Shown here piece by piece: positions 51,162 to 64,000 of a stretch of 64,000 nt of DNA. This stretch comes from Octopus sinensis. Lineage: Eukaryota. A program made the position numbers and the translations under genes. The notes under the pieces are model-generated. The model had not been told where the DNA came from and ran no database searches. It saw only the letters and a list, made by a program, of their open reading frames with translations. The stretch is from positions 191,766,001 through 191,830,000 of the forward strand of contig NC_042997.1 in the NCBI RefSeq assembly GCF_006345805.1, written 5' to 3'. Position 1 is the stretch's first letter, and each line of letters begins with the position of its first letter.

Positions 51162-51162
<1 letters not shown>
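50656..51162 (-). mobile_element. 5'-truncated R4/Dong-like non-LTR fragment in a (TAA)n tract
   Basis: YEHKPDGIIENDNAKILWNFMIQ..RKPDIV, IDITSPAD..KVDRYDRL..VPIIFRALG..TALLGTARIL; (TTA)n at 51163-51196 and a TTA-rich flank at 50636-50655. Confidence 0.85.
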
Positions 51163-51195
<33 letters not shown>

Positions 51196-53813
51196 GTGGT
51201 TGCTGTTGTTGTTGACAGTCATGTTTCTCAAAGGACTGTTAAGAAGATATTGACTTCCAAGATTACTTGATGAAAAAAAATCTCATGGAATGCTTGAACT
51301 TAATGGTAGTTGAAAGGGATAATGACAGCCTTCTTGATTTGATGCTAAACCAATAAGAAGTGCAAACAAATACTTTGTTGGCTTCAGAAGTGGGGTAGGA
51401 ATACTGGGTGTCCTAGAAGTAATGAATCTCAAACAGAAAAATACCAAGCCCCCTACCCAAATATTGGTGAAATTTTTTTGATCCATCCCCACCCGTTCTT
51501 AATGAGAAGATAAAACAAAATTTACATTCATATAATTCTTATTTTTTCCCCCCATCGAATCAGATAAATTTTCAAAGTTTAAAACCCTCATAATTTTTAT
51601 TCAATTAAAATTTTTTCATCCCCTTTTCTTTCAATACCTGTAGGCCCTACTTGCCCTGAAGCCCTGTCACACCTATGTAAAACACTGCTCTAGAACATAG
51701 ATGATTGTTGAAGACCACATCAACAGTCTGGTGACAGTTAAGGGTTCATTGGTACCAAGTTTACCAATCCTGGAATGCTAAGAGGTAAAGTTAAGTCAAC
51801 TGCAGTGGAATCTGAACTCAGACCATAAAGATACCTAAGTAAATACCAAAGCTATTTTTTTCAAGGTGCTCCACTAATTCAGCCACTTGCAACCTTTTAG
51901 TGTGAATAATAATTGTTTCTAACATATGTGCAAGGTCTAAAATTTAAAGGAGGGAATTAGTTGATTATATTGACTCTGATACTTGACTGGAACTATATTT
52001 CATCAAACATGGAAGGATAAAAATAAAGCTGACCATGGCAGGATTTTGAACTCAAAACATAATGAACTAGAAACAACACTGCAAGACATTTCATCTGATG
52101 TGCTAATGATTCTACCAATCCACTGCCTTTGAGCGTGAAAAAATAACATAATGATAATAAACCTAAATAATATTGTTACCTTTTGTTAATAATAAATGGC
52201 TGAGAAGTAACTACAAACCAACTTATATCAAAGAAAGCAAAGGACTTCATACATAGACAAAGAAACAACTATTCAATATTATATGTAGACATGATGCACA
52301 TACACACAGCTATTTTTAAACAATTTACAGTACAAGGTCATTGTCTGCTGATGGCTGGAGAACATTGCAGTGTGGCACCCTCTTGTTATCTTTTATTCAT
52401 GTAGTACTAAACAGCTTGATGATAACTGGGTATTGTCTAGGTGTTTAAGATACATGGCTTTTAATAAATTAGAGTGCCAGCATCAGCATTGCTCCTTAGA
52501 AAGTTCTTGAAAACAGGATTGTACAAATATGTGTAAAACTGAATCATCATCATCATCATCTTTTCCTGCTATTTCCCACCTACGGAAGAATGCACACCAA
52601 CATGTGATAGTTGTCTCAATAGAAACTATGTCAAGACCTGTCCATGCTATGATGTTATCGTTCCATTAAAGCTAACCATTTACTATATTTCATTTTAAAA
52701 TCAAAAACATGCTGAATATTTAGGATACATACATTATATTCGTATGTATGAATGCGTGTATGCATGTATGTATGTGTGTATGTGCGCATGTATGTATGTC
52801 TGTGTGTGTGTATATATATATCATCATCATCATTTATCATCCATCTGCCATGCTGGCATGGGTTGGACAGTTTGACAGGAACTGGCAAACCAGTGAACTG
52901 CTCTATTGTCTGCTTTGGCATGGATTCTATGGCTAGATGCCCTTGCTAATGCCAACACTTTGATGGTACAGAACTATGCCAGGTAATGGGAGGTATCTTT
53001 TTTGTCTTTATTTATTTATATAAATACAAAAAGTAGACATGGAGACAATTTCCTTAGTGTTCTACCATTTCCTTAGGAAAATTCTGTTTTCTTTTTATAC
53101 CTGTTTATAGAGAAAACATACCTCCATATTCTAACTTATTTCTCTATCATGAATATATTTTGTGGTATACTTCCAAGAACTTTTATTCCTATATACCACC
53201 ATCATTTAGTGCCCATTTTTCATGCCAGCATGAGCTGGACAGTTTGAGCTGGCAAGCCAGAGTATTGTACCAAACTCCAATATCTACTTTGGCATGGTTT
53301 CTACCTGGATACCCTTCTAATTTCTTTTTTTTTTGGGGGGGGGGTTGTATATATATATATATATGTGTGTGTGTGTTTGTACTGGTGGGGACGCTTGTGT
53401 TTATAAATGGAAATAAAATATTCAATATATGAAGTGGAGTTTATATATTTTACCAGAAGCTGAAGTTTCTCGAATCATTATACAGTTTCACATTAACAAA
53501 TATTCAAACAATTCAATCATTTTGAATAGTTGGTAACATGAAAGTCAGAGGTAACAGTTCAAGATGTTTCAGTTTCCACAATATATCCTCCTCATCCTCA
53601 TCATTATTTAACATCCATGTTCCATGTTAACATGGGTGGGATGGTACCACAAGAGTCGGCCAAGCCAAAGCCCTCACCAGACTTCTGTGATTTTTTTTGG
53701 TAGGATTTGCAGAAATTACAGTGATTCAATGGCCAAAAGTTTCATACACTGATGAGTGTCAATGCATGAAACTCTTGGCCTTGAGCCACTCTGTAACTTC
53801 AGTTGATTAATAT

Positions 53814-53873
<60 letters not shown>

Positions 53874-54065
53874 ATTATATATATATATTACTGGTATCCT
53901 TATATATTACTATATTTTATATCTTATATGTAAAGTATAATATGTGATATGTATGTATGTATATTATTGTAATTATCAGTTTAGTAAATAAATAAATAAG
54001 TTAACATAATATAATGTCTAAAAGTTGAGGAACCACCTATTGATCCTCTCCATTTTCTTATATAT

Positions 54066-54110
<45 letters not shown>

Positions 54111-54955
54111 AGTTCTAGTTTCCTGTTAGTATCACTTACAAATATATGTGTGCAAGAATGTACATATGTACAATATTTATATAAAGTAAGTAGTAAAACA
54201 AATTTAGAAAACCTTAAATATAAATAAAACTAAAAGTGAAGGAAATTATCATAAAACATGCAATCATTATTTGGTAAGTAACTCCTCCTTTCGAACTCAA
54301 CATCAATTGATGCTATATTTTGTAGGCATAGTAAATTCAATAGTAACACTATGTAGTGATATTAGTAGCTATGTGTACACACATATATTTATGTGTGTAT
54401 GCATACACATAGCTATTTGGATGGTAGTTCATTAAGAATATACTTTTTCTTATGTAATTTCTGTATAACGTAATCTTGGCATGTGTTTCTCAGATGAGTG
54501 AGCTGTGTTACCATTATTGTTGCTGCTGGGGGCCTTTTAATTTTTTTTCAGTAGTCTCTCTTAAATGTGACAAACAGATCTCTGCAGGTGGGTAAGAGGT
54601 AAGATGGTTGCTGTGGGTACCCTACTGAGCATATGGTACAACAGAGTTAAACAATCAAACAAAAGTCTGCTGACATTTCTTTCTGTGAGCAGCCTGTCTC
54701 TATTGGGGGACACACAGGTCTAAAATTTCACACTTCAAATGTGTGGCCCCACTTCTAGGGAGTCAATTGGGGGAGGGTGATTTTTGGTAGCTAGATTGAG
54801 CAAGGTGATTAAAAGGTAAAGTAAATAAAGAAAGTGTAGGCTCATACACAAAAATAAACATTACAAAAATTTGGAATTTCTCAAATTGAATAAAACAATA
54901 TAAATAAAGTACTTCTGCAGAATATAAAGAAAACAAATTTGAAGATTGTCGTTGA

Positions 54956-55127
54956 CTAAGAGACTGAAATTGTACTGATTGGAGCATTGTTTTGTGAAGA
55001 AGCAAGAGAAGCTAAGTCATCAAAGTTCGAACTACTGGCGACACTGGGAGATGCTGCAAGTTCTGTACCTCGGTCTTCCATAGCTTGGTAATCAACACTG
55101 ATCTTAGAATCCAGGTATTTGATTCCA
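54956..55127 (-). CDS. Probable terminal coding exon of an unidentified gene (T+GIKYLDSKISVDYQAMEDRGTELAASPSVASSSNFDDLASLASSQNNAPISTISVS*)
   Basis: tatatttttcag| acceptor, 57 codons to TAG, natural Ser-rich composition, followed by U-rich unique UTR-like sequence. Upstream exons were not identified. Confidence 0.6.
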
Positions 55128-55475
55128 CTGAAAAATATAGAGAAATACAAGAAAGAAAAGACTTTAGAAATAAATAGCTACCTGTAGCTGTACCCAGCCT
55201 TGCTGGGGGTCTATTAGTACATAAAATGTATACAATTTTATGAGTTCATTATACTTTGGATAAACTGATTTTTAAAAAAATGCTACCAATCATCAGTTCA
55301 TCTAGGAGAGCTAATACATTTAGAATTTTTAACATTCCTGTTATCTAGAATAAGATCCAAGTTGAGTGATAATGAATGAAAAACAAATACAGAACTGGAA
55401 ATAAAATTTTACTCTTAAAATTTTTTTCTGCAGAAAACATGCTTTCCCCCTCCCCATCCTGAATTTTTTTTTTTT

Positions 55476-55873
55476 TCTCTTTTACTTGTTTCAGTCATTT
55501 GACTGCGGCCATGCTGGAGCACCGCGTTTAGTTGAGCAAATCGACCCCGGGACTTATTCTTTGTAAGCCTAGTACTTATTCTATCGGTCTCTTTTGTCGA
55601 ACCGCTAAGTGACGGGGACGTAAACACACCAGCATCGGTTGTCAAGCAATGCTAGGGGGACAAACACAGACACACAAACACACACATACATATATATATA
55701 TACATATATACAACAGGCTTCTTTCAGTTTCCATCTACCAAATCCACTCACAAGGCATTGGTCAGCCCGAGGCTATAGCAGAAGACACTTGCCCAAGATG
55801 CCACGCAGTGAGACTGAACCCAGAACCATGTGGCTGGTTAGCAAGCTACTTACCACACAGCCACTTCTGCGCC
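55476..55873 (-). mobile_element. SINE family A
   Basis: Collinear with 209-642. Confidence 0.9.
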
Positions 55874-55906
55874 TGTTGAACTAATTTATATAATCACACT
55901 AAATGA

Positions 55907-56158
55907 ATTCTGTTGTGTCTGGGGAGAGTCATTTTGTTTTTGTGCCTTATAATTTAACACACTCACCGGTAAAATTTCCACTTATTTCTTATTTTCATTT
56001 TCCTAAAATTTTTGCTGCATCTTGCAACCTTTTCAATAGTCCTACCGGTGAGTGTGTTAAATTATAAGACACAAAAAGAAAATGACTCTCCCCAGACACA
56101 ACAGAATATGCTTCAACACACGAACTCATATAAAGAATTTTGCAAACCAAATCCAAAA
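55907..56158. mobile_element. Second copy of the 43513 fold-back family
   Basis: Same arms and the same extension tgcttcaacacacgaactcatataaag. Confidence 0.8.
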
Positions 56159-57356
56159 GCGAAACTAAATGAATTATTTTCCTAAAAATTCAGTAAGATT
56201 TTCTCATATCTGTTGCAATACCACAGGGCATACAGTATACTATGTTATGTTTTTTGTCATGAGCTAAAAAGAAAGAAAATTCAGAAAATGTCACACAATC
56301 TATGACCTTATAACCTTCAACAGAGGAATCTCTTCACAAAATTTCAGCTACCTTAGGGATCAAACTGTAGCTTACAATTTGGAACACCTATCCATCATCA
56401 TTGTTATCAACATTAGCTGCACCTGGCTTCCAATGCTGGCATGGATTTGATGGTTTATCAGGGCCTGATATGTCAGAAGACTGCTCATGCACCAATGCCT
56501 ACTTTAGCATGGTTTCTAATACCTGGTGTCCTTCCTAACACCAGCCACTGTGCAGCATGCACCGAGTGCTTTTTTCACAACAGCAGCACCAGAGATGATT
56601 GTTGCATAACTTGCAAGATGAAAGACCCAATGGAGCCTACAACCAAGAGGGAACAGAAGAGAGAATGGGTGATGATTCTAAGCAGAGCCATAAGGGAACG
56701 ATTACTTACCGTTCCCGAAGCTGAAGGAGTATGGCAGAGAACAGGAGAGAGTGAAGGGATTAGTTGAGAAAAAGGGAGGGATAGAGTTGAAAAGGGGATG
56801 AACTGGGTTGTGTAAGGTAGAGTTTAGGGTTGTCTATCAATAGAGAGGGTAAAAATAGACAGAAGGTGTGAAAGGAGGGGGGCAGAAAGGGAGTAATAGA
56901 TTAGGGTAGAGAAGGATCCTGATCCTGAGAGAGTCAATAAAGAAAAGAGAGATGTGGTTGTAGCAGTAGGTCAGAGAGGGGAAAGGTGGGAACAGGGGGT
57001 GCTGAGAGAGTTCATATGCAAATAAGACAGTGAGGCTGGTGGAATGAGAAATGAGATAGTAGCATTTATAACTTTAGCAAGATGAATTGAAAGTGAACTG
57101 AATAAATTTCAAATGAGATCATTCGTTTAAATGAGATAATTAGTTCAGTGGAGCAGCTGTTATATCAACAGAAACACACATACAATATAATGCTAAAACC
57201 TTGGTTCCTGTCCAATCATTGAACTAAAATCAAGTTATGTCAAACCTAGTTAGGACTGAGAAAGGAGATCACTTGGAATCCTTTTAATTTTTTATTTGTT
57301 GCTAAGTCAAAAGGAAAGAAAGTGCCCATGATGTTTTTTTAACCTCAAAGACTAGT

Positions 57357-57402
<46 letters not shown>

Positions 57403-57892
57403 ATCTTCAACTAGAAGCTTGGCCAAAAAGCTTGCAGCAGAATGGACTTTGTCAAATGCACCCAAGGGCCAAGTGTTAAACCAGATGCTATAAACAGCCA
57501 AAGATGTTCACCTCTGAAAGGTCGCTTGATCTGATAGAAATAGCAGACAAATCTCCCTCAAATCACACCACACTGCCTTATAAAAGGCAAAAGCACATTG
57601 GATAATGGAGTCCTACGTATCTTTAAAAATCTTGTTGGTCAAGGCCAAAATACATTTCGAAATACATAAATCTGCTTGAGCTGAGAGACCCAGAACTAAA
57701 CAACAACAACTGATGAAAGACACACACATTGGCAGAGACTGGTGTTTATTAGCTTGTTAATGAGTGAAGATTAACAATCTGTCAGATAGTGCTCTTTGAG
57801 ATAAGATATAAGAGTTTAGTGCACATAATATGAGAGGTTGTACATTTATGAATGGACAGAGGTGAGAAGATGGGTTATTGTAACAACTACAA

Positions 57893-58143
57893 CAGTAGTT
57901 CTCAACCTGGGTCCATATGGCCTTTCTGGGGCCCAATAAGATTTTGTTGTTAAAATTTATCTGCAATAAATAAGTGATACAATACACAAAATATTCTAAC
58001 AATTTTTGTTATACAATTCCTAAGAATATTTAATTATAAAAATATATGATTTTTTTAACCATTGACTGGCAAGAAGGGTCCATCTGAGTAAAACAGGAAT
58101 CAAAGGGGTCCATAGGTAAAAAAAAAATGCTTGAGAAACACTG
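57893..58143. mobile_element. hAT-type MITE
   Basis: TIRs cagtagttctcaacc / gcttgagaaacactg; degenerate TSD aactacaa/atctacag. Confidence 0.7.
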
Positions 58144-60805
58144 ATCTACAGGCTTGTTTCTCAAAGTTATTTAGCTAAATTTGGCAATATCAACAACAAA
58201 TATTAGTTGGCATTCATAGACTCAGATAAAAGTATATACTGTCAATAAGAATATTTTGAAATAATCAAGCTAATCTTTATATGAACTATATTACTACTGT
58301 CCTGATTTTGTTACAAGTATTACAAAAATCAATATAGTTATCTGGTTTACACAACAGATGAATTCTATTTTCTTTTGTGTTGGAGGAATAGAATCAGAAC
58401 AAATGAGAAATGATGAATGTATATGTATATTTTGATTCAATGCTATCTCCTTTGTGATTGGGAGTCAAGTACAATCATTATTGATACCAATAAACTGCTT
58501 GCACTATTTTATTGACCCCATCAAACAGAAAGGAAAATCAAGACTTGGCAGGATTCAAACTCAGAAATTCTAAACTTGTACAAAGCAAGTTAATGGAAAT
58601 TATAAAATTACTTAGAATGATGAATGATTTTATAAATGAAAGAATCTATAGTACTTCATATCAAGATATTAAATCCTTTTAAAGGGATTCAAATTGTAGG
58701 TTTCTATAATACTATGGGCTGTTTTCTCACTGTATTTAAATTTGGACACGATTTTTTTTATTAGTCTTCTATCAAATAGAAATCTAAGCTTTTAGTATTC
58801 AAATTCAAATGTAATGCATGTTAGTTTTGAATTAGTCATGCATTATCTTGTAATTTCAAGATTTCAATGAGTGATTGTTTATTTTTAGAATGATATTGCA
58901 GGATTGTGTGAGAGACTGGATCTGGTCAGTTTGAACATATATCAGGTAGAGTATTTGGACCTAATATGGCTAGTTTAAGACAGAACTCACACTTTTTCTT
59001 TGAGGATCTTATTGGCAGCAGTAATATTTGAATCTTGACTGTTACCAATAGAAATTGAAGAATCAGTATAAATTACATCTCTTAGTAATAATAAATTTAT
59101 AGAGAAGTTAAAAATAAGAAATATAAAAGAATAAATGAAAATCTTCTAGTTAAGATGAACTATCAAGTAATTTATCTCTATTTTAATAAAGAACACATTG
59201 AATAAATGAGATATAGCTTTTAGTATTTTATTAGAAATAAAAACGAGGAGATAAAATAAAATTGAAGGCAGTACTTGAATATTTAGCTTGTTGTAACACA
59301 AAACTCAATGATTTTTTTTTTAAATACTTCCCCCAAACATTTCAACACAAAGTAGTTCTTAACGGAAACCTTTTCCCAAATATTTGTTCAATTTTATGTC
59401 ACTTATCAGGTTGGATAAGATAGATGCTGACTGGAACTTGTCATCAAATATATAATGCATGAAATATTTAATGACAAACTATCGCCACAAACATACCTGA
59501 AATTTTTATCATCATCATCATCATTGTTGTTTAACGTCCGCTTTCCATGCTAGTATGGGATGGATGATTTTGACTGAGGACTGATGAACTAGATAGCTGC
59601 ACCAGGCTCCAATCTGATCTGGCAGTTTCTACAGCTGGATGTCCTTCCTAACGCCAACCACTCCAAGAATGTAGTGGGTGCTTTTACTTGCCACTGGCAC
59701 GAGGGCCAGCCAATCAGGCGGTACTGGCAATGGCCATGCCCAAATAGTGTTTTTTACATACTACCTGCACAGGAGCCAGTCCAGCGGCACTGGCAATGAC
59801 CTCACTCAAATGTTTTTTCACATGCCACCAGCACAAGTGCACTGGTGACAAGGCAGCACTGGTGACAATCACACTTGGATGGTGCTTTTTACGTGCCACC
59901 AGCACGGAAGCCAGTTTGCTGCTCTGGTAACGATCACGCTCAGATAGTGCTCTTAGCACTCCACTAGCACGGATGCCAGTCATCGAATTTGATTTCGATT
60001 TCATTTCATTTATATATTATATAAACTCCAGTCTAGTTCACACATTTTCCGAAGTGATTGCCTTTACTTTCTCCATGAAAGAAAATTACAGAGAAACACG
60101 TAATGAAATAATTTAGCAAATTCATACATGACATGAATCATTGAGAAACACCATCCACAAGACAAAACAACATCCTTCACTCCTCATTCTTCTCCTCACC
60201 ACTGCCGCTGCAACCACTGTCATTGTCATTATCATCATCATTGTTACTGTCATTATAACCATCATCATCTTTGCCACTGTCTTCATCCTCCTCATCAGCA
60301 GTGTCGTTGACATCATCATTTAATATTAATTTTCCATACTGGTATGGGTTGAATGGTTTGACAAGATCCAGCTTGTCAAGCTTCTAATGTCAGTTTTGGC
60401 ATGGTTTCTACAGATGGATGCTGTTCTTCCTAACACCAACCTCTTTACTAAAATGTACTGGGTGTCTTTTTTATTTTTTATTTTTGCGCTAGCAGCACTA
60501 GTGAGGTTGCCAAGTAACTTGCAAAATGCCTAAGATTGTCCTTCCATCACACTTCAGCCCCTCAAAACCTGCCATAGAACCATCACCTATCCTCCCCTTC
60601 TCAAATACCCCACCCCATTTAGTCAAGGAGGTTTTTCCATTCACTATATTTAAAATTATATATATAGAGTGGCACAAAAGAATGGGATTAATGCTTCACT
60701 GTTGAGGTCAAAAGATCAAAACATGTCAGGAGTTATTGCTCAAATGATTAAAATAGCACTCATTAGTGAATGATTAATATTGTGTTTATTGTTATTTTTG
60801 CTATG

Positions 60806-61232
60806 TACTTACTCTTTTACTCTCTTTTTACTCTTTTACTTGTTTCAGTCATTTGACTGCGGCCATGCTGGAGTACCGCCTTTTAATCGAGCAAATCGAC
60901 TCCGGGACTTATTCTTTTGTAAGCCCAGTACTTATTCTATCGGTCTCTTTTGCTGAACCGCTAAGTGACGGGGATGTAAACACACCAGCATCGGTTGTCA
61001 AGCAATGCTAGGGGGACAAACACAGACACACAAACACACGCACGCATATATATATATGTACATATATACGACGGGCTTCTTTCAGTTTCCGTCTACCAAA
61101 TCCACTCACAAGGCTTTGGTTGGCCCGAGGCTATAGTAGAAGACACTTGCCCAAGGTGCCACGCAGTTGGACTGAACCCAGAACCATGTGGTTGGTAAAC
61201 AAGCTACTTACCACACAGCCACTCCTGCGCCT
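60806..61232 (-). mobile_element. SINE family A
   Basis: Collinear with 209-642. Confidence 0.9.
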
Positions 61233-61391
61233 AGTTATTTTTTGTTAGCTTTTTTAATAATAAATGTACTAACATGAAAATATTGGTAGGGTTTACATGT
61301 GTGCATATATATATATTCTTTGCATGTACCACGCCCTTGTTGTTTTTTCTTGTGTTTTTTCTTCATTTTCTTTTATTAATTATATATATAC

Positions 61392-61789
61392 TTTTTTACT
61401 TGCTTCAGTCATTTGACTGTGGCCATGCTGGAACACCGCCTTTAGTCAAGCAAATTGACCCTAGGACTTATTCTTTGTAAGCCTAGTACTTATTCTATTA
61501 GTCTCTTTTGCCGAACTGCTAAGTTACGGTGACGTAAACATACCAGCATCGGTTGTTAAGCAATGCTAGGGGGACAAACACAGACACACAAACATACACA
61601 CACACACATATATATATATACATATACACGATGGCCTTCTTTCAGTTTCCGTCTACCGAATCCACTCACAAGGCTTTGGTCAACCCGAGGCTATAGTAGA
61701 AGACATTTGCCCAAGGTGCCACACAGTGGGACTGAACCTGGAACCATGTGGTTCATAAACAAGTTACTTACCACACAGCCACTCCTATG

Positions 61790-61791
<2 letters not shown>
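61392..61791 (-). mobile_element. SINE family A; a diverged minus copy also lies at 2080-2437
   Basis: Collinear with 209-642. Confidence 0.9.
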
Positions 61792-61826
<35 letters not shown>

Positions 61827-62558
61827 CGGAGATGTACTTGCATAGCAAGTGACTTGATCTGAGATCGTCTGCTGAAACAAAAACAACTGTAGTGTGGAAG
61901 GTGTTTGTAAGCCATTTAAAACCACACAAAAACTGTTAGATTCACTCCAACATTTAAATTTAATTTGTCAAAATATTTTTGCTGCTTTGAAACTGTGACC
62001 TGTTCATTGACAAAATGTGTTTACATATATATAAATATCATTCAATTAATACATGTATTTGTATATATGCATGCATGCATGTATTAATTGAATGACAAAG
62101 AAACAGTTAATTCATATTATGCTCTGCACTTCCCTAACATTATTCTGAAGCATATGTATATTGAGTTTGAACAATAGGTTATTAGTATTGCTATGCCCAA
62201 GTGAAAGCATTATATATATATATATATATAGTTCCAAAGAAAGAGCAGTAGGTTTATTGTAATAAATATCTACTGTTGCATATAATCACAATGCTTTATC
62301 AAGTGCACCTATCTTTTCACAAATAGACATAAAGAAGTCAGTTAGAAATTAGACAATGCCTTAAGCAATCTAGAATTAATCATTTGATTTGAGAGAGAGA
62401 GAGTGAGTGGGGGTGGGGAAGAGTTTCCAAGGAAATTGTTTAACCCTGGGCCATCCATAATTAGGTAGATTTATGATCAAAAGTATACCAGCTATTTCCC
62501 TCTCACCTTTTTAAAATGTATCTAGGACTACATTACTGATCTACCCTGCCTTGTTTAA

Positions 62559-62764
62559 CCCTTTAGCATTTAAACTGGCCATATCTGGCCCAAATATGCT
62601 TCCTATTTTATGTTCTGTCCAGTCAGATGCAGCCTGCCACACCTACTTTTCAGTATACAATCACATCATCAAAATTTCAAAGATATGAGATAAAGCATGA
62701 TTATTTAAACAGTGTGAATAAAAAAAAACATTACATTTGACAGAATAATCTGAATGCTAAAGGG
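62559..62764. mobile_element. TTAA-flanked MITE, family 2
   Basis: TTAA-ccctttagcatt ... aatgctaaaggg-TTAA; relatives at 33368-33918 and about 58830-58980. Confidence 0.8.
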
Positions 62765-63442
62765 TTAAGATACTAGGGTTTGATTGAGAAGTAATTTGGG
62801 TGGTATTTCTAGCATATTAATCAACCACAAAGTAGTTCCTTTAGTTCAAATAAAATTGAGTTTACTAAGTAGCCATTACTCTGAAGATGTCTAAAACCAA
62901 AACCAAATACATTTGACTTTCAATTTTTCTTTTAGTTTAATCAAATTAATACAACTTTCTCCACATAAATCTGACAAGACAATAGAAAATGTGGTCACCA
63001 TTAGACTGCTAACGAGCTATCTAAGTGTGTATCATCATCATCGTTTTGAAGTTCACTTTTTCATGCTTGCATGGGTCACAAGGAATTTGTCGAGGCAGAT
63101 TTTCTATAACTGAATGTCTTTCATGTCACCAGCCATCACCTGTTTCCAAGTAAAAGAATATTTTCCTGTGGCTAGACATGTTTCCACAGAAGATTGGAAA
63201 CAAACGACACTGCTTGTATGACAGTGACATTTATTTACAACCATCACACAATGTCAAGATAAAGGGACACCCACACATATGTGTGTGTGTGTTGGTGTGT
63301 GAAGGGCTTCTTTTAGTTTCCATCTATCAAATCCACTTACAAGGATTTGGTCTGCCTGAGGCTATAGAAAAAGACATTTGCCCAACGTGCTACACAGTGG
63401 GACTGAACCTGGAACCAAATGGTTGGAAAGCAAGCTTCTTAA

Positions 63443-63851
63443 CCCTTTTGTTACCAACCCAGCTGAAACCGACTCTGGCTCTGTGGTATAAATGTCTTGT
63501 TTTCAAAAGTTCTGAACTAAAATCTTCCACCAAACCCTAGTCACAATTTATGTTCCTAACACAAGCTTAATGATAATTAAGTTATTTTACTAAATTCTTT
63601 GTTATATTGAAAGTAATTGAAAGAGATACAGAGCATCCAGAATGCCATGTTGAATAGTTAGCCCCTACACGCAATTTTTTTCTCTCCTTGTTTCTTTTCT
63701 GTGTATCTTTCTGTCGAAGAGCATAGGCTCGAAACGTAAAAGACTTGTTTTATTTCTATTCCTGAGCACCATACTAATACATTGTTTGTTTGTACTCCAC
63801 CTGCCTTCGTCTTTTGTTTATTTTCTCAACATAAACACAGTAATAAAAGGG
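63443..63851. mobile_element. TTAA-flanked MITE family 1 carrying a nested hammerhead element (63640-63830)
   Basis: Collinear with 48909-49129 except for an insert of about 190 bp. Confidence 0.8.
63706..63743 (+). ncRNA. Hammerhead-like motif, variant core CUGUCGA, GUA cleavage triplet
   Basis: TCTTT-CTGTCGA-A-GAGC(ATAG)GCTC-GAA-ACGT-A-AAAGA; perfect 5-bp helix I and 4-bp helix II. Confidence 0.6.
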
Positions 63852-64000
63852 TTAAAAACACAGTCATGTCTGCATTTGGCCATATAAATCCTATATTTGT
63901 TTTTTTGACTGCTGCCTTAAAAAAAAAGAATAACAATACAAAAATAAACACATGCTTCCTCCACTCTCATTCCTGTTTCTAAGAATACATTTTCTGTGAG

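Noticed and set aside
53750-53790. CTGATGA...GAAA hammerhead-like string
   Set aside because: Helix II is weak, there is no U16.1/NUH site and no helix I pairing
62900-62975. Minus-strand exon candidate (LCGESCINLIKLKEKLKVK) upstream of the 55127 exon
   Set aside because: Its end phase is incompatible with the 55127 exon and there is no other support

Overview
This is eukaryotic, AT-rich, repeat-dense genomic DNA, most likely from an octopus (coleoid cephalopod), judged from its tRNA-derived SINE families, RTE-type (GAT)n tails and microsatellite load. Most of the supplied ORF track is noise from SINEs and microsatellites. Manual splicing on the minus strand recovers the 5' part of an RBM33-like RNA-binding protein gene. 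It has 7 phase-compatible coding exons (20203 down to <1, 258 codons), a GC-AG intron after the start exon, and a probable non-coding first exon at a CpG-rich, YY1/ETS-containing and possibly bidirectional promoter near 26.7 kb. A terminal exon of an unidentified minus-strand gene lies at 54956-55127, and further unresolved exon-like islands lie between 27 and 51 kb. The rest is SINEs, RTE/CR1/R4-clade LINE fragments, mariner/Tc1 remnants and hAT, TTAA- and TA-flanked MITEs. The most interesting signal is a set of short, often fold-back, (TA)n-associated insertions carrying minimal type I hammerhead-ribozyme motifs with a palindromic ACGT helix III (13.0, 15.5 twice, 25.5 and 63.7 kb). These resemble Penelope-like element termini; three copies lie sense within RBM33 introns. 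Other notable items are a head-to-tail SINE array with a nearby inverted copy, two R4-clade fragments sitting in different microsatellites (CATA versus TAA), and several long hairpins that could be ADAR substrates. No databases were searched; homology calls rest on remembered family motifs.
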